From an uncultured Actinomycetes bacterium (GTDB lineage Bacteria > Actinomycetota > UBA4738 > HRBIN12), in NCBI GenBank assembly GCA_963785835.1, contig CAWAWO010000002.1, forward strand, positions 228,327-292,326: a DNA stretch of 64,000 nt, given 5' to 3'. The first letter of the stretch is position 1. Each line of letters begins with the position of its first letter. Positions 11,224-19,660 of this stretch are shown here, piece by piece. The notes under the pieces were generated by a model. That model was not told the origin of the DNA. It worked only from the letters and a program-made list of their open reading frames with translations, and ran no database searches. Made by a program: the position numbers and the translations under genes.

Positions 11224-11646
11224 CTAGCTGGGAGGGCGGTCCTCGAGCCGGTACACGAACTGGACACCCTGGTAGCCGTCGGCGATGGACGCCGACTTGT
11301 TGTCGACGAGGCCGGCGTCGAGCCCGACTCCCTGCACGATCTCGAACGACAGGTCGGTCGGAAGCTTCGACGCCTTCGTCGGCCAGGCCACCCACAGTCG
11401 CCCCGCGGGATCGAGGGCCTTGGAAAGGCTGGCGAACCGTCGTCGGAGATCGGCGAGCCGACCGGTGAACAGCACGATCACGTCGAGGCGGCCGCGAGCG
11501 GTCCGGGCCAACTCGACGCCGCTCGGAACCCGGCCGAGCGAGAAGCCGGACGGCGGTGCGATCAGCAGCACACGCGACCCCTCGCGGACGCCGAGCTTGG
11601 TCGCCAGCGGCGTTCCCGAATAGTCGCGACGTCCGCCGGTGGCCAC
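11224..11646 (-). CDS. DUF3052 domain-containing protein
   Basis: GTG 11646; VATGGRRDYSGTPLATKLGVREGSRVLLIAPP ... LWVAWPTKASKLPTDL. The rest of the 11224-12426 ORF is antisense to rsmI and Ser/Arg-rich. Confidence 0.7.
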   Translation of the reverse strand: MATGGRRDYSGTPLATKLGVREGSRVLLIAPPSGFSLGRVPSGVELARTARGRLDVIVLFTGRLADLRRRFASLSKALDPAGRLWVAWPTKASKLPTDLSFEIVQGVGLDAGLVDNKSASIADGYQGVQFVYRLEDRPPS

Positions 11647-12508
11647 TGCGACCGATGCTAAGGCGTCGTGGGAGCATCGGGACGTGGTCGGGCGCCTGTA
11701 CCTCGTCGGAACGCCGATCGGGAACCTCGGCGACCTCACCGAGCGGGCCCGCGCAACCCTCGGCTCCGTCGACCTCGTCGCCGCGGAGGACACGCGGAGG
11801 ACCGGGAAGCTGCTCGCCCATCTCGGAGTCAAGGCCCGGATGATGTCCCTGTTCGAGGGCAACGAGCGCGAGCGGACCGAGCGGCTCCTGGACGAACTGC
11901 GCGACGGCTCAGAGGTGGCCCTGGTATCCGACGCGGGGATGCCGAGCGTCTCCGATCCGGGCTTCCGCCTCGTTCGGGCGTGCGCCGCCGAAGGGATCGA
12001 GGTCCGCGTCGTCCCCGGTCCGTCCGCGGTCACGGCCGCGCTCGCGATCTCCGGGCTCCCGACCGACCGATGGGCGTTCGAGGGGTTCCTGCCGCGACGG
12101 GCCGGCGAGCGGCGGGCGCGTCTGCAGGAACTGGCGAACGACGCGAGGACCCTCGTCCTGTTCGAGTCGCCACGGCGTGTGGTCGCGACGCTTCGCGACG
12201 TCCTGAGCGAGCTCGGCGACCGCCGCGTGGCGGTCGCCCGTGAGCTGACGAAGCTCCACGAGGAGGTCCTGCGCGGTCGCGTCTCGGAGGTGCTCGAGGC
12301 ACTGGCCGAGTCCGAACCACGCGGAGAGGTGGTCGTCGTCCTCGAGGGAGCCGGACCGGGGGAGCCGGCGCCGCTCGAGGAGCTCGTCGCGGAGGCGCGC
12401 GAGCTCGTCGCGAACGGGATGCGCAAGCGGGACGCCGTGACCGATGTGGCCCGTCGGCGGGGCGGCTCGGCGAACGCGATCTACGAGGCCCTGGTCCGTC
12501 CCGGCTAG
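11639..12508 (+). CDS. rsmI: 16S rRNA (cytidine1402-2'-O)-methyltransferase
   Basis: GRLYLVGTPIGNLGDLTERA, ALVSDAGMPSVSDPG and VVPGPSA motifs of RsmI. The start may lie slightly downstream of 11639. Confidence 0.9.
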   Translation: MATATDAKASWEHRDVVGRLYLVGTPIGNLGDLTERARATLGSVDLVAAEDTRRTGKLLAHLGVKARMMSLFEGNERERTERLLDELRDGSEVALVSDAGMPSVSDPGFRLVRACAAEGIEVRVVPGPSAVTAALAISGLPTDRWAFEGFLPRRAGERRARLQELANDARTLVLFESPRRVVATLRDVLSELGDRRVAVARELTKLHEEVLRGRVSEVLEALAESEPRGEVVVVLEGAGPGEPAPLEELVAEARELVANGMRKRDAVTDVARRRGGSANAIYEALVRPG

Positions 12509-12520
12509 GATTCCTCGACC

Positions 12521-14059
12521 ATGGGCGAGGACGTCTTCTACATCACGACGCCGATCTACTACCCGGACGACGTCCCGCACATCGGGCACGGCTACACGTC
12601 GGTGGCCGCGGACTTCGTTGCCCGCTACCACCGGCTCCGCGGCGACGAGGTGCTGCACCTCACCGGGACCGACGAACACGGCATGAAGCTTCAGCGCGCG
12701 GCTGAGAAGGCCGGGACGGATCCCCAGACCTGGGTCGACGAGATGGCGCCGAGATGGCGCGAGACGTGGGGTCGCCTGGAGATCGCGTTCGACGACTACA
12801 TCCGCACGACGGAGCCGCGTCACGAGAAGGCGGTCCAGAAGCTGCTCACCGCCGTGCACGAGAACGGCCGGGACGACATCTACCTCGGCACCTACGAAGG
12901 TCTGTACTGCGTCTCGTGCGAGGCGTACTACACGGAGGACGATCTCGTGGACGGGATGTGCCCGATCCACGGCCGGCCGGTCGAACGCATGACCGAGGAG
13001 AACTACTTCTTCCGGCTCTCCGCCTATGCGGACCGGCTCCTCGAGCACTACGAGGCGCACCCGAAAGCCGTGCAGCCCGAGACGCGGCGCAACGAGGTGC
13101 TCTCGTTGATCCGCGGGGGCCTGCAGGACTTCTCGATCAGCCGGACGAGCTTCCGATGGGGGATCCCGCTCCCTTGGGACCCCGACCACGTCTGTTACGT
13201 GTGGTTCGACGCCCTCACCAACTACATCACGGCGGCCGGGTACGGCACCGACGACGAACGGTTCGCGCGGGCATGGCCCGCCAACGTCCACCTCATCGGC
13301 AAGGACATCCTGCGGTTCCACGCCGTGTACTGGCCGGCCATGTTGATGGCGGGCGGCGTCGCCCCTCCGGACCAGGTCTGGGCGCACGGGTTCCTCACGG
13401 TCGGCGGCCGGAAGATGTCGAAGACGAACGCGACGGGGATCCATCCGTTCGAGCTCGCCGATCATTTCGGCGTGGACTCGTACCGCTACTACTTCATGCG
13501 CGAGATCCAGTTCGGGCAGGACGGGAGCTTCTCGTGGGAGTCGATGGTCGACCGCCACAACGCCGACCTCGCGAACGGGCTCGGGAACCTCGCGAGCCGG
13601 GTCCTCGCGATGCTCGCGTCGTACTTCGACGGCGCCGTCCCGGAGCCCGGACCTACGAAGGTCGAGGACGACCTTCCCGACGTGATCGAGGACGCCGTTC
13701 GACGGTACGACGAGCACATGGCGACCCTTGCGCTGTCGCAGGCGCTCGGCGCCGTGTGGGACGTCGTCGGCCGGGCGAACGGCTACCTGGTCGAGAAGGA
13801 GCCCTGGAAGGTCGCCGGCGAGGAGGGACGGCGCGACGAGCTCGCCGGCATCCTGTACGCGGCCGCCGAGACGCTTCGGATCCTCGCGGTGCTGATCCGG
13901 CCGATCATGCCGGGCGCCGCCGAGCGGCTCTGGGCCCAGCTCGGCATCGACCGCGCGCTCGACGACCAGCGGCTGCCGCAGGGCGCTCGATGGGGCGGCC
14001 TCGCCGCCGGGACGAAGAGCTCCAAAGGCGACGCGCTGTTCCCCCGTCTCGAGTCCTGA
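12521..14059 (+). CDS. metG: methionine--tRNA ligase
   Basis: 512 aa; class I signature VPHIGHGY and KMSKT; zinc knuckle CVSCEAYY...CPIHG. Confidence 0.95.
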   Translation: MGEDVFYITTPIYYPDDVPHIGHGYTSVAADFVARYHRLRGDEVLHLTGTDEHGMKLQRAAEKAGTDPQTWVDEMAPRWRETWGRLEIAFDDYIRTTEPRHEKAVQKLLTAVHENGRDDIYLGTYEGLYCVSCEAYYTEDDLVDGMCPIHGRPVERMTEENYFFRLSAYADRLLEHYEAHPKAVQPETRRNEVLSLIRGGLQDFSISRTSFRWGIPLPWDPDHVCYVWFDALTNYITAAGYGTDDERFARAWPANVHLIGKDILRFHAVYWPAMLMAGGVAPPDQVWAHGFLTVGGRKMSKTNATGIHPFELADHFGVDSYRYYFMREIQFGQDGSFSWESMVDRHNADLANGLGNLASRVLAMLASYFDGAVPEPGPTKVEDDLPDVIEDAVRRYDEHMATLALSQALGAVWDVVGRANGYLVEKEPWKVAGEEGRRDELAGILYAAAETLRILAVLIRPIMPGAAERLWAQLGIDRALDDQRLPQGARWGGLAAGTKSSKGDALFPRLES

Positions 14060-14272
14060 CTGAGGGTTCCGGCGATCGCGTTTCACGTGGGACCCGGCTC
14101 CTCGACTTCGGCTCGACAGCGGTCCGATCGCAGCGCATCGCGGGAGCCGGCCGTCTTCGACCCCAGGTCGAGGAACGGCGCGCGCCGCTAGTGTGTGCGA
14201 TCCGTGAGCCGGTCGAACCCTGAACCCCCGATGCAGACGCGCGCCGAGCCAGCGGCCGTCGCGCCCTCGGGG

Positions 14273-15029
14273 ATGGTCGATTCGCACTGTCACCTGTTCC
14301 TGCTCGAGGCCGGAGCCGGCCGCCGCGGTCGAGGCCTCACGCGCCGGCGGCGTCGAGACCCTCGTGTGCGTCGGCATCGACCCGGGGTCGAGCCGACGGT
14401 CGCTCGAGCTCGCGGAGTCGTTCCGCGGGGTGTTCGCCACCGCGGGCATGCATCCCCACGAGGCGAGCGCGTTCGACGCGCGCGCGGGCGCCGAGATCGA
14501 GGAGTTGCTGGGCAACCCGCTCGTGGTCGCCGTGGGTGAGTGCGGGCTCGACTTCTTCCGGATGCGATCGCCCCGCGAGGACCAGGAGCGGGTCCTGCGG
14601 ACCCACGTCGGACTCGCGCGCGAGTCCGGGCTGCCGCTCGTCGTCCACGTCCGGGACGCGTGGCCCGAGATCCTTCGAGTGCTCGATGAGGGTTCGGCCG
14701 AACGCGTCGTGCTCCACTGCTTCAGCGGTGACGCCGAGACGGCGCGCGCGTGCGCCGACCGCGGGTGGTTCCTCTCGTTCGCGGGGAACGTCACGTATCC
14801 GAAGAACGATCACCTGCGCGAGGCGGCGGCAGCCGTGCCGCTCGATCGGATCCTGGTCGAGACCGACAGTCCGTTCCTCGCGCCGCAGCGAGTCCGCGGG
14901 CGCGACAACGTCCCGGCCAACGTCGTGGACGCGATCGAGGAGATCGCGACGGCGAGAGCGGAGACTGTGGAAAACGTTCGTGCCGCGACCGCAGCGAACG
15001 CACGGAGGGCGTTCCCCAGGCTCCGATAG
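14273..15029 (+). pseudogene. TatD family hydrolase, one frame break near 14310
   Basis: MVDSHCHLFLLEA in frame 2, then EPAAAVEASRAGGVETLVCVGID, GECGLDF, VVHVRDA, LHCFSG and ETDSPFLAP in frame 0. One surplus G in gaggccGgagccg. Alternative in-frame ATG at 14231. Confidence 0.85.
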
Positions 15030-15169
15030 GGGCCCGGAGGCCCTTCGGATTCAAGTTTGCATCGAGGGTTGAGGGTTTGATAGCGTCGGCCTCCTGAACT
15101 CGCCTTTCGGAGGCTTCGGTGCCGGCGTAAGCCGCTTCCCCCCGGAGCCTTCTTCGACGAAGGGGAACG
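15030..15169 (+). promoter_or_regulatory. structured 5' leader of the rpfB-like gene (riboswitch-like; class not confirmed)
   Basis: 140-nt untranslated gap with nested hairpins (gcctcc..ggaggc; ccttc ttcgac gaagg). The last hairpin overlaps the GAAGGGG Shine-Dalgarno 5 nt before ATG 15170. Confidence 0.3.
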
Positions 15170-16255
15170 ATGCCGGTTCGTCCGACGCGGGTCCGGCGAC
15201 TGCGGATCCGCAAGGCGATGGGGAATGCGGTCCTCGCGAGCTCCGTGCTCGCGGCAGGGGTCGTGTACGTCGCCGTCCAGAAGACCGTGACGCTGGTCGT
15301 CGACGAGGGCCACCCGGAGGCCGTCAGGACGATGAGCTCGAGCGTCGGGGATCTGCTGGACGCCGAAGGGATCATCCTCGGGGCCGGGGACCTCGTGACG
15401 CCGGCGGCGGTGACGCCGCTCGCGGACGGGATGACCGTGTTCGTCGACCGAGGTTGGGTCACGACGACGGCCGCTCCGAGCGCCGGGGATGTGGGGGTCT
15501 GGGTGATGGAAGGGGTGAGCGCGCCGCACCTGATGCTCGCGGCGCGAAGCACCGAGGAATGGTTCTCCGCGGGAGCGCCGGACGGGCGTTCGTCGGTGGT
15601 GGCCGCGACCGTCGTGGTGAAAGGGAAGGACCACGACGTCGTCACGAATGCGGCCACCGTCCGCGAGCTCCTCTCGGCCATGGGGATCGAGCCCGACGGC
15701 GACGACCGTGTCCTTCCGTCACCCAGGACCCCCGTCACGAACGACATCCGGATCCGGTTCGACCGGATCGGGTTCCGCACCGAGGGCGTCCGCGTGCCGG
15801 TCCCGTACACGACCTCGACGGAGTACACGGACCGGCTCGACCCCGGTGAGGCGCGCGTGATCCGCCAGGGCGTGGACGGCGTGATGATCGAACACACGAG
15901 GATCGAGGTCGTGAACGGCGAGGCGGTTCGCCGAACGGTGCTCTCGCGAACGGTGGTCTCGCAGGCCGTCGCCGAGCTGCGTCAGGTCGGTAGCAGCCAG
16001 ACGACGGAGGGGACGCAGATCGGGGAGGCGAGCTGGTACGGGTTCGCGCCGGGGGACGGCCTGACGGCGGCCCACCCCTGGCTGCCGTTCGGTACGGTGG
16101 TCACCGTCGAGAACCTCGCCAGCGGCAGGACCGTCCAGGTGGTGATCAACGATCGGGGACCATTCGGTGGGCGGATCATCGACCTCTCCGACCGGGCCTT
16201 CGCTCGGATCGCCCCGCTCTCCCAAGGGGTCTGCCAGGTCCGCCTCACCTGGTGA
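15170..16255 (+). CDS. DUF348/G5-domain cell-wall protein with C-terminal RlpA-like (DPBB) lytic transglycosylase domain; positional counterpart of RpfB
   Basis: N-terminal TM anchor and VTLVVDEG..VRTMSSSVGDLL-type DUF348 repeats. G5-like region (EARVIRQGVDGVMIE). C-terminus GEASWYGFAPGDGLTAAHPWLPFGTVVTVENLASGRTVQVVINDRGPFGGRIIDLS matches the RlpA signature. Confidence 0.8.
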   Translation: MPVRPTRVRRLRIRKAMGNAVLASSVLAAGVVYVAVQKTVTLVVDEGHPEAVRTMSSSVGDLLDAEGIILGAGDLVTPAAVTPLADGMTVFVDRGWVTTTAAPSAGDVGVWVMEGVSAPHLMLAARSTEEWFSAGAPDGRSSVVAATVVVKGKDHDVVTNAATVRELLSAMGIEPDGDDRVLPSPRTPVTNDIRIRFDRIGFRTEGVRVPVPYTTSTEYTDRLDPGEARVIRQGVDGVMIEHTRIEVVNGEAVRRTVLSRTVVSQAVAELRQVGSSQTTEGTQIGEASWYGFAPGDGLTAAHPWLPFGTVVTVENLASGRTVQVVINDRGPFGGRIIDLSDRAFARIAPLSQGVCQVRLTW

Positions 16256-17136
16256 ACCCTCACCCGGTGAGTCCTCACCAGGTGAGCCCACCGATAGTCT
16301 CGGCCGCTCGGCGCTGAAACAGCTCGCGACGCGTCACGGTCTCCGCCCGTCGAAGCGACTCGGCCAGCACTTCCTCGCCGATCCGAACCTTGCCCGCGCG
16401 ATCGTCGCGGACGCGGGGGTCGAGCCCGGCGATCGGGTACTCGAGATCGGCGCCGGGCTGGGCTCGCTGACGGTCGCGCTCGCGCAGGCCGGTGGCCGGG
16501 TGCTCGCCATCGAGACCGACCACGGGGTCGCCGGGGCGCTCGAGGAGGTCGTGGCTCCCTATCCCGACGTTCGGGTCGTCGTGGCCGACGCGATGACGCG
16601 CGGACTGGGACTCCCTGCTCGGCTCGGACCGATGGGTGATGGTGTCGAACCTCCCGTACAACGTCTCGGTTCCGCTCGTGCTCGACCTGCTGCGGGACGC
16701 CGACGCGATCGACCGGTTCCTTGTGATGGTGCAGTTGGAGGTAGGGGAGCGCCTCGTCGCCCCTCCCGGTGATCCGTCGTACGGGGCCGTCAGCGTTCGG
16801 GTGGCCTATCGCGCCGACGCCCGGATGGTGCGCCGGGTGCCCGCAGACGTGTTCTGGCCCCGACCGCGGATCGACTCGGTGCTCGTCGGCCTGAACCGTC
16901 ACACGCCGCCCGTCGACGTGGAGCCGGCCGCGCTCTTCCGCGTGGTCGACGAGGGGTTCGCCGAGCGCCGCAAGACCATGGCGAACGCCCTCCGGCGACT
17001 GGGGCTCGACGCGGAGGCGGCCGCCGGCGCGATGCGTTCGAGCGGGCTCGAGCCGGCGACCCGGGCCGAACGGCTGGGGCTCGACGAGTTCGCCCGTATC
17101 GCACGGCACCTTCTCGATGCGGGGTGGCGCCCCTGA
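16167..17136 (+). pseudogene. rsmA: 16S rRNA (adenine1518/1519-N6)-dimethyltransferase RsmA/KsgA, frame break near 16600; start unresolved
   Basis: KRLGQHFLADPN, VLEIGAGLGSLT (frame 0), then DWDSLLGSDRWVMVSNLPYNVSVP and the rest in frame 1. One surplus base in acgcgcGgactgg. There is no in-frame start between 16167 and the conserved N-terminus. Confidence 0.85.
16244..16286. repeat. three tandem copies (15-bp period) of the palindrome CTCACCnGGTGAG
   Basis: ctcacctggtgaa (16244), ctcacccggtgag (16259), ctcaccaggtgag (16274). The first copy contains the rpfB-like TGA stop. Confidence 0.9.
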
Positions 17137-17193
17137 GCGCTCCCGCCCGCAGCGTCCGCGAGCATCCGTCGCGAGGCGCGCGCCAAGATCAAC

Positions 17194-18012
17194 GTGTTCC
17201 TGCGGGTCCACGGCGAACGCGAGGACGGGTACCACGAGATCGAGAGCCTCGTCGTTCCCATCTCGCTCGCCGACCAGGTGACCGTCCGCTCATCGCCGAA
17301 GCTGCGGGTGGCGATGAAGGGCGAGCCGGCGCTCGCCGGCGACGTTCCCGTCGGGGGCCTCAACCTCGCGCTGGTCGCAGCGCTCGCGCTGGCGGACGAG
17401 TGTCCCGACGCCGGAGGCGCCCTGATCGAGATCGACAAGCGGATCCCGGTGGCCGCGGGACTCGGCGGCGGCAGCGCCGATGCCGCAGCGACGATCGAGG
17501 CGCTGAACGAGCTCTGGGACTGTGGCGTCGATGCGGCGACGTTGGACGAGCTCTGTGGGCGGATCGGCTCTGACGTCCCGGCCATGCGCGCCGGCGCCCC
17601 GGTGACGATCGCCGGGCGGGGTGAACGGGTCGAGCCGACCGACGTGGCGCCGTTCGACTGGGTCCTGGTCCGGTTCGGGTTCGGCGTGCGTTCGCCGGAC
17701 GCCTACCGCTGGTGGGACGAGGACGGCGGACGGACGGGGCCCGACGCCGGGCCGTTGCTCTCGGCCGCCGCCGCGGGCGATCCCGAGCTCCTCGGACCGC
17801 TCCTGTTCAACGACCTCGAGGCATCCGTCGTTGCGCGGCATCCGCCGATCGGGCGCGCGAAGAAGCGTCTGCTGGACGGCGGCGCGCTCGGCGCGGTCAT
17901 GAGCGGCAGCGGATCGTCCGTCGTCGGGCTCGCTCGAGATCGCGCGCAGGCCGAGGAGCTCGCGGCGCGGATCGACGACGCCACCGCGATCACGGGTCCG
18001 CCGCCCGCTTAG
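17194..18012 (+). CDS. ispE: 4-(cytidine 5'-diphospho)-2-C-methyl-D-erythritol kinase; true N-terminus probably upstream
   Basis: GHMP kinase motif PVAAGLGGGSADAAA. The conserved AKINVFLRV motif straddles GTG 17194, so the real start lies upstream (see finding). Confidence 0.85.
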   Translation: MFLRVHGEREDGYHEIESLVVPISLADQVTVRSSPKLRVAMKGEPALAGDVPVGGLNLALVAALALADECPDAGGALIEIDKRIPVAAGLGGGSADAAATIEALNELWDCGVDAATLDELCGRIGSDVPAMRAGAPVTIAGRGERVEPTDVAPFDWVLVRFGFGVRSPDAYRWWDEDGGRTGPDAGPLLSAAAAGDPELLGPLLFNDLEASVVARHPPIGRAKKRLLDGGALGAVMSGSGSSVVGLARDRAQAEELAARIDDATAITGPPPA

Positions 18013-18028
18013 GATGACCGTGGAGCGG

Positions 18029-18099
18029 TCCGGGGTCGTCTAACGGCAAGACGCGGGCCTTTGGAGCCCTCGATGGAGGTTCGACTCCTCCCCCCGGAA
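18029..18099 (+). tRNA. tRNA-Gln (anticodon TTG)
   Basis: Manual cloverleaf: acceptor tccgggg/ccccgga, D arm gtct-aacggca-agac, anticodon arm cgggc-ctTTGga-gccct (one C-U mismatch), T arm ggagg-ttcgact-cctcc, discriminator A. CCA is not encoded. Confidence 0.85.
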
Positions 18100-18143
18100 C
18101 CGAGCGAACGGCCCATGACAGCACGACTTGTCACCTTGCCGCG

Positions 18144-19658
18144 ATGAGCCTCCCGCCGGTACAAAGGGGGGCCGTGCCCGACAGGACCTCGTCGCCGAAG
18201 CCGTCGCTGGCTGCCGTCGTGCTGGCCGCGGGCAAGGGCAAGCGCCTGAAGTCCAGGATCCCGAAGGTCCTGCATCCGGTCTGCGGCCGCCCGGTGCTGT
18301 GGTGGGTCCTGCAGACCCTTCGGGCGGCTCGTCCCTCCAAGATCGTCATCGTCGTGGCCCACGGCGCGGACGAGGTTCGGAACGCCGTCCAGGCCTGGGG
18401 CGTCTCGCCCAAGCCGGTGTTCGTCGATCAGGGCGAGCCGCTCGGGACCGGGCACGCGGTCATGGTCGCGGAGAAGGCGGTCGGCCGGTCGAGCGAGATC
18501 CTCGTCGCCAACGGGGACCTCGACCCGGTGACCGACGACGACGTTCGAGCCCTCCTCCGACTCCACAAGAAGACCAGGGCGGCGGCCAGCATCATCGTCA
18601 CCGAGGTCGAAACGCCGGGGGGCTACGCGCGGGTGGTGCGCGAGGGCAGTCGCCTGGTGTCGATCGCCGAGGGGACCGACGCTCCGCCCGCCCTCCGTGA
18701 GATCAACGAGGTGGGGACCAACTGGATCGTGTTCCGCCGCGAGGACCTGTTCAAGGCGCTCCCGCTCGTCGGCCGCGACAACACCCAGGGCGAGCACTAC
18801 CTGAACGACGTGTACGCGATCCTGATGGACAAGGGCGAGCGCGTCTCCGTCCTGAAGGTGGACACGGGGGGCGCGATCGGCATCAACTCGCGCGCCGAGC
18901 TGGCCGAGACCGCGCGCGTCCTCCGGGATCGCATCAACGCCCGGCATCTCGAGAACGGGGTGACGCTGGTCGACCCGGCGACGACGTTCATCGACGTCGA
19001 CGCCAGGATCGGCCGCGACACCGTGATCCACCCGATGACGTTCGTCTCCGGCGAGACGACGATCGCGGCCGAGTGCGAGATCGGCCCTTCGACCAGGATC
19101 GTGGACACCCGGATCGGCAAGGGCGCCGTCGTGCAGTTCTCCGTGGTCCAAGGGTCGCGGATCGGCGCGGGAGCGCAGGTCGGGCCGTACGCGCACGTTC
19201 GACCCGGCTCGGTGATCGGTCCGCGGGCGAAGGTCGGGGCCTACGTCGAGGTGAAGGCGTCCGAGGTCGCGGAGGGGGCCAAGGTTCCGCATCTCACCTA
19301 CGTGGGCGACGCGAAGGTCGGCCGGCGGGCGAACATCGGCGCGGGGACGGTCACGGTCAACTACGACGGGTACGACAAGCACCGGACCGTCATCGGGGAC
19401 GATGCCCGGGTGGGTTCGGATACCATGTTGATAGCGCCGGTGACGGTGGGGCGAGGGGCGGTGACGGGCGCGGGATCGGTCATCACGAACGACGTTCCGG
19501 CGGGGGCGCTCGCCGTAGAGCGCTCGGAGCAGCACATCGTCAAGGGGTACCGCAAGCGCAAGGACGCCGAGGCGAAGACCCGCAAGACCGGCCGCGGCGC
19601 GAAGGCAACGGGGAAGCGATCGGGCAAGCGCGGAACGACGGGCGAGGGGGCGCGCTGA
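18144..19658 (+). CDS. glmU: bifunctional UDP-N-acetylglucosamine pyrophosphorylase / glucosamine-1-phosphate N-acetyltransferase
   Basis: LAAGKGKRLKS nucleotide-binding motif, C-terminal hexapeptide-repeat beta-helix, basic Lys/Arg tail. Confidence 0.95.
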   Translation: MSLPPVQRGAVPDRTSSPKPSLAAVVLAAGKGKRLKSRIPKVLHPVCGRPVLWWVLQTLRAARPSKIVIVVAHGADEVRNAVQAWGVSPKPVFVDQGEPLGTGHAVMVAEKAVGRSSEILVANGDLDPVTDDDVRALLRLHKKTRAAASIIVTEVETPGGYARVVREGSRLVSIAEGTDAPPALREINEVGTNWIVFRREDLFKALPLVGRDNTQGEHYLNDVYAILMDKGERVSVLKVDTGGAIGINSRAELAETARVLRDRINARHLENGVTLVDPATTFIDVDARIGRDTVIHPMTFVSGETTIAAECEIGPSTRIVDTRIGKGAVVQFSVVQGSRIGAGAQVGPYAHVRPGSVIGPRAKVGAYVEVKASEVAEGAKVPHLTYVGDAKVGRRANIGAGTVTVNYDGYDKHRTVIGDDARVGSDTMLIAPVTVGRGAVTGAGSVITNDVPAGALAVERSEQHIVKGYRKRKDAEAKTRKTGRGAKATGKRSGKRGTTGEGAR

Positions 19659-19660
19659 GC

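Noticed and set aside
11639-11646. 8-nt overlap of divergent start codons (DUF3052 GTG 11646 on minus, rsmI GTG 11639 on plus) as a regulatory feature
   Set aside because: Both start assignments are uncertain. rsmI most likely initiates further downstream, near the conserved GRLYLVGTPIGN, which removes the overlap.
11909-14794. 961-aa ORF on the minus strand spanning rsmI, metG and tatD
   Set aside because: It is antisense to three genes with unmistakable conserved motifs. Its translation is Arg/Pro/Gly-rich low complexity, typical of spurious shadow ORFs in high-GC DNA. The same reasoning applies to 548-2026(-), 18009-19535(-), 24524-26131(-), 23626-26103(+), 30768-33140(-), 39427-40764(-), 39465-40895(+) and 56037-58100(-).
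15030-15169. Confident annotation of a c-di-AMP (ydaO) riboswitch
   Set aside because: The genomic context fits, but I could not align the conserved ydaO core elements by eye. It is left as a generic structured leader pending a covariance-model search.
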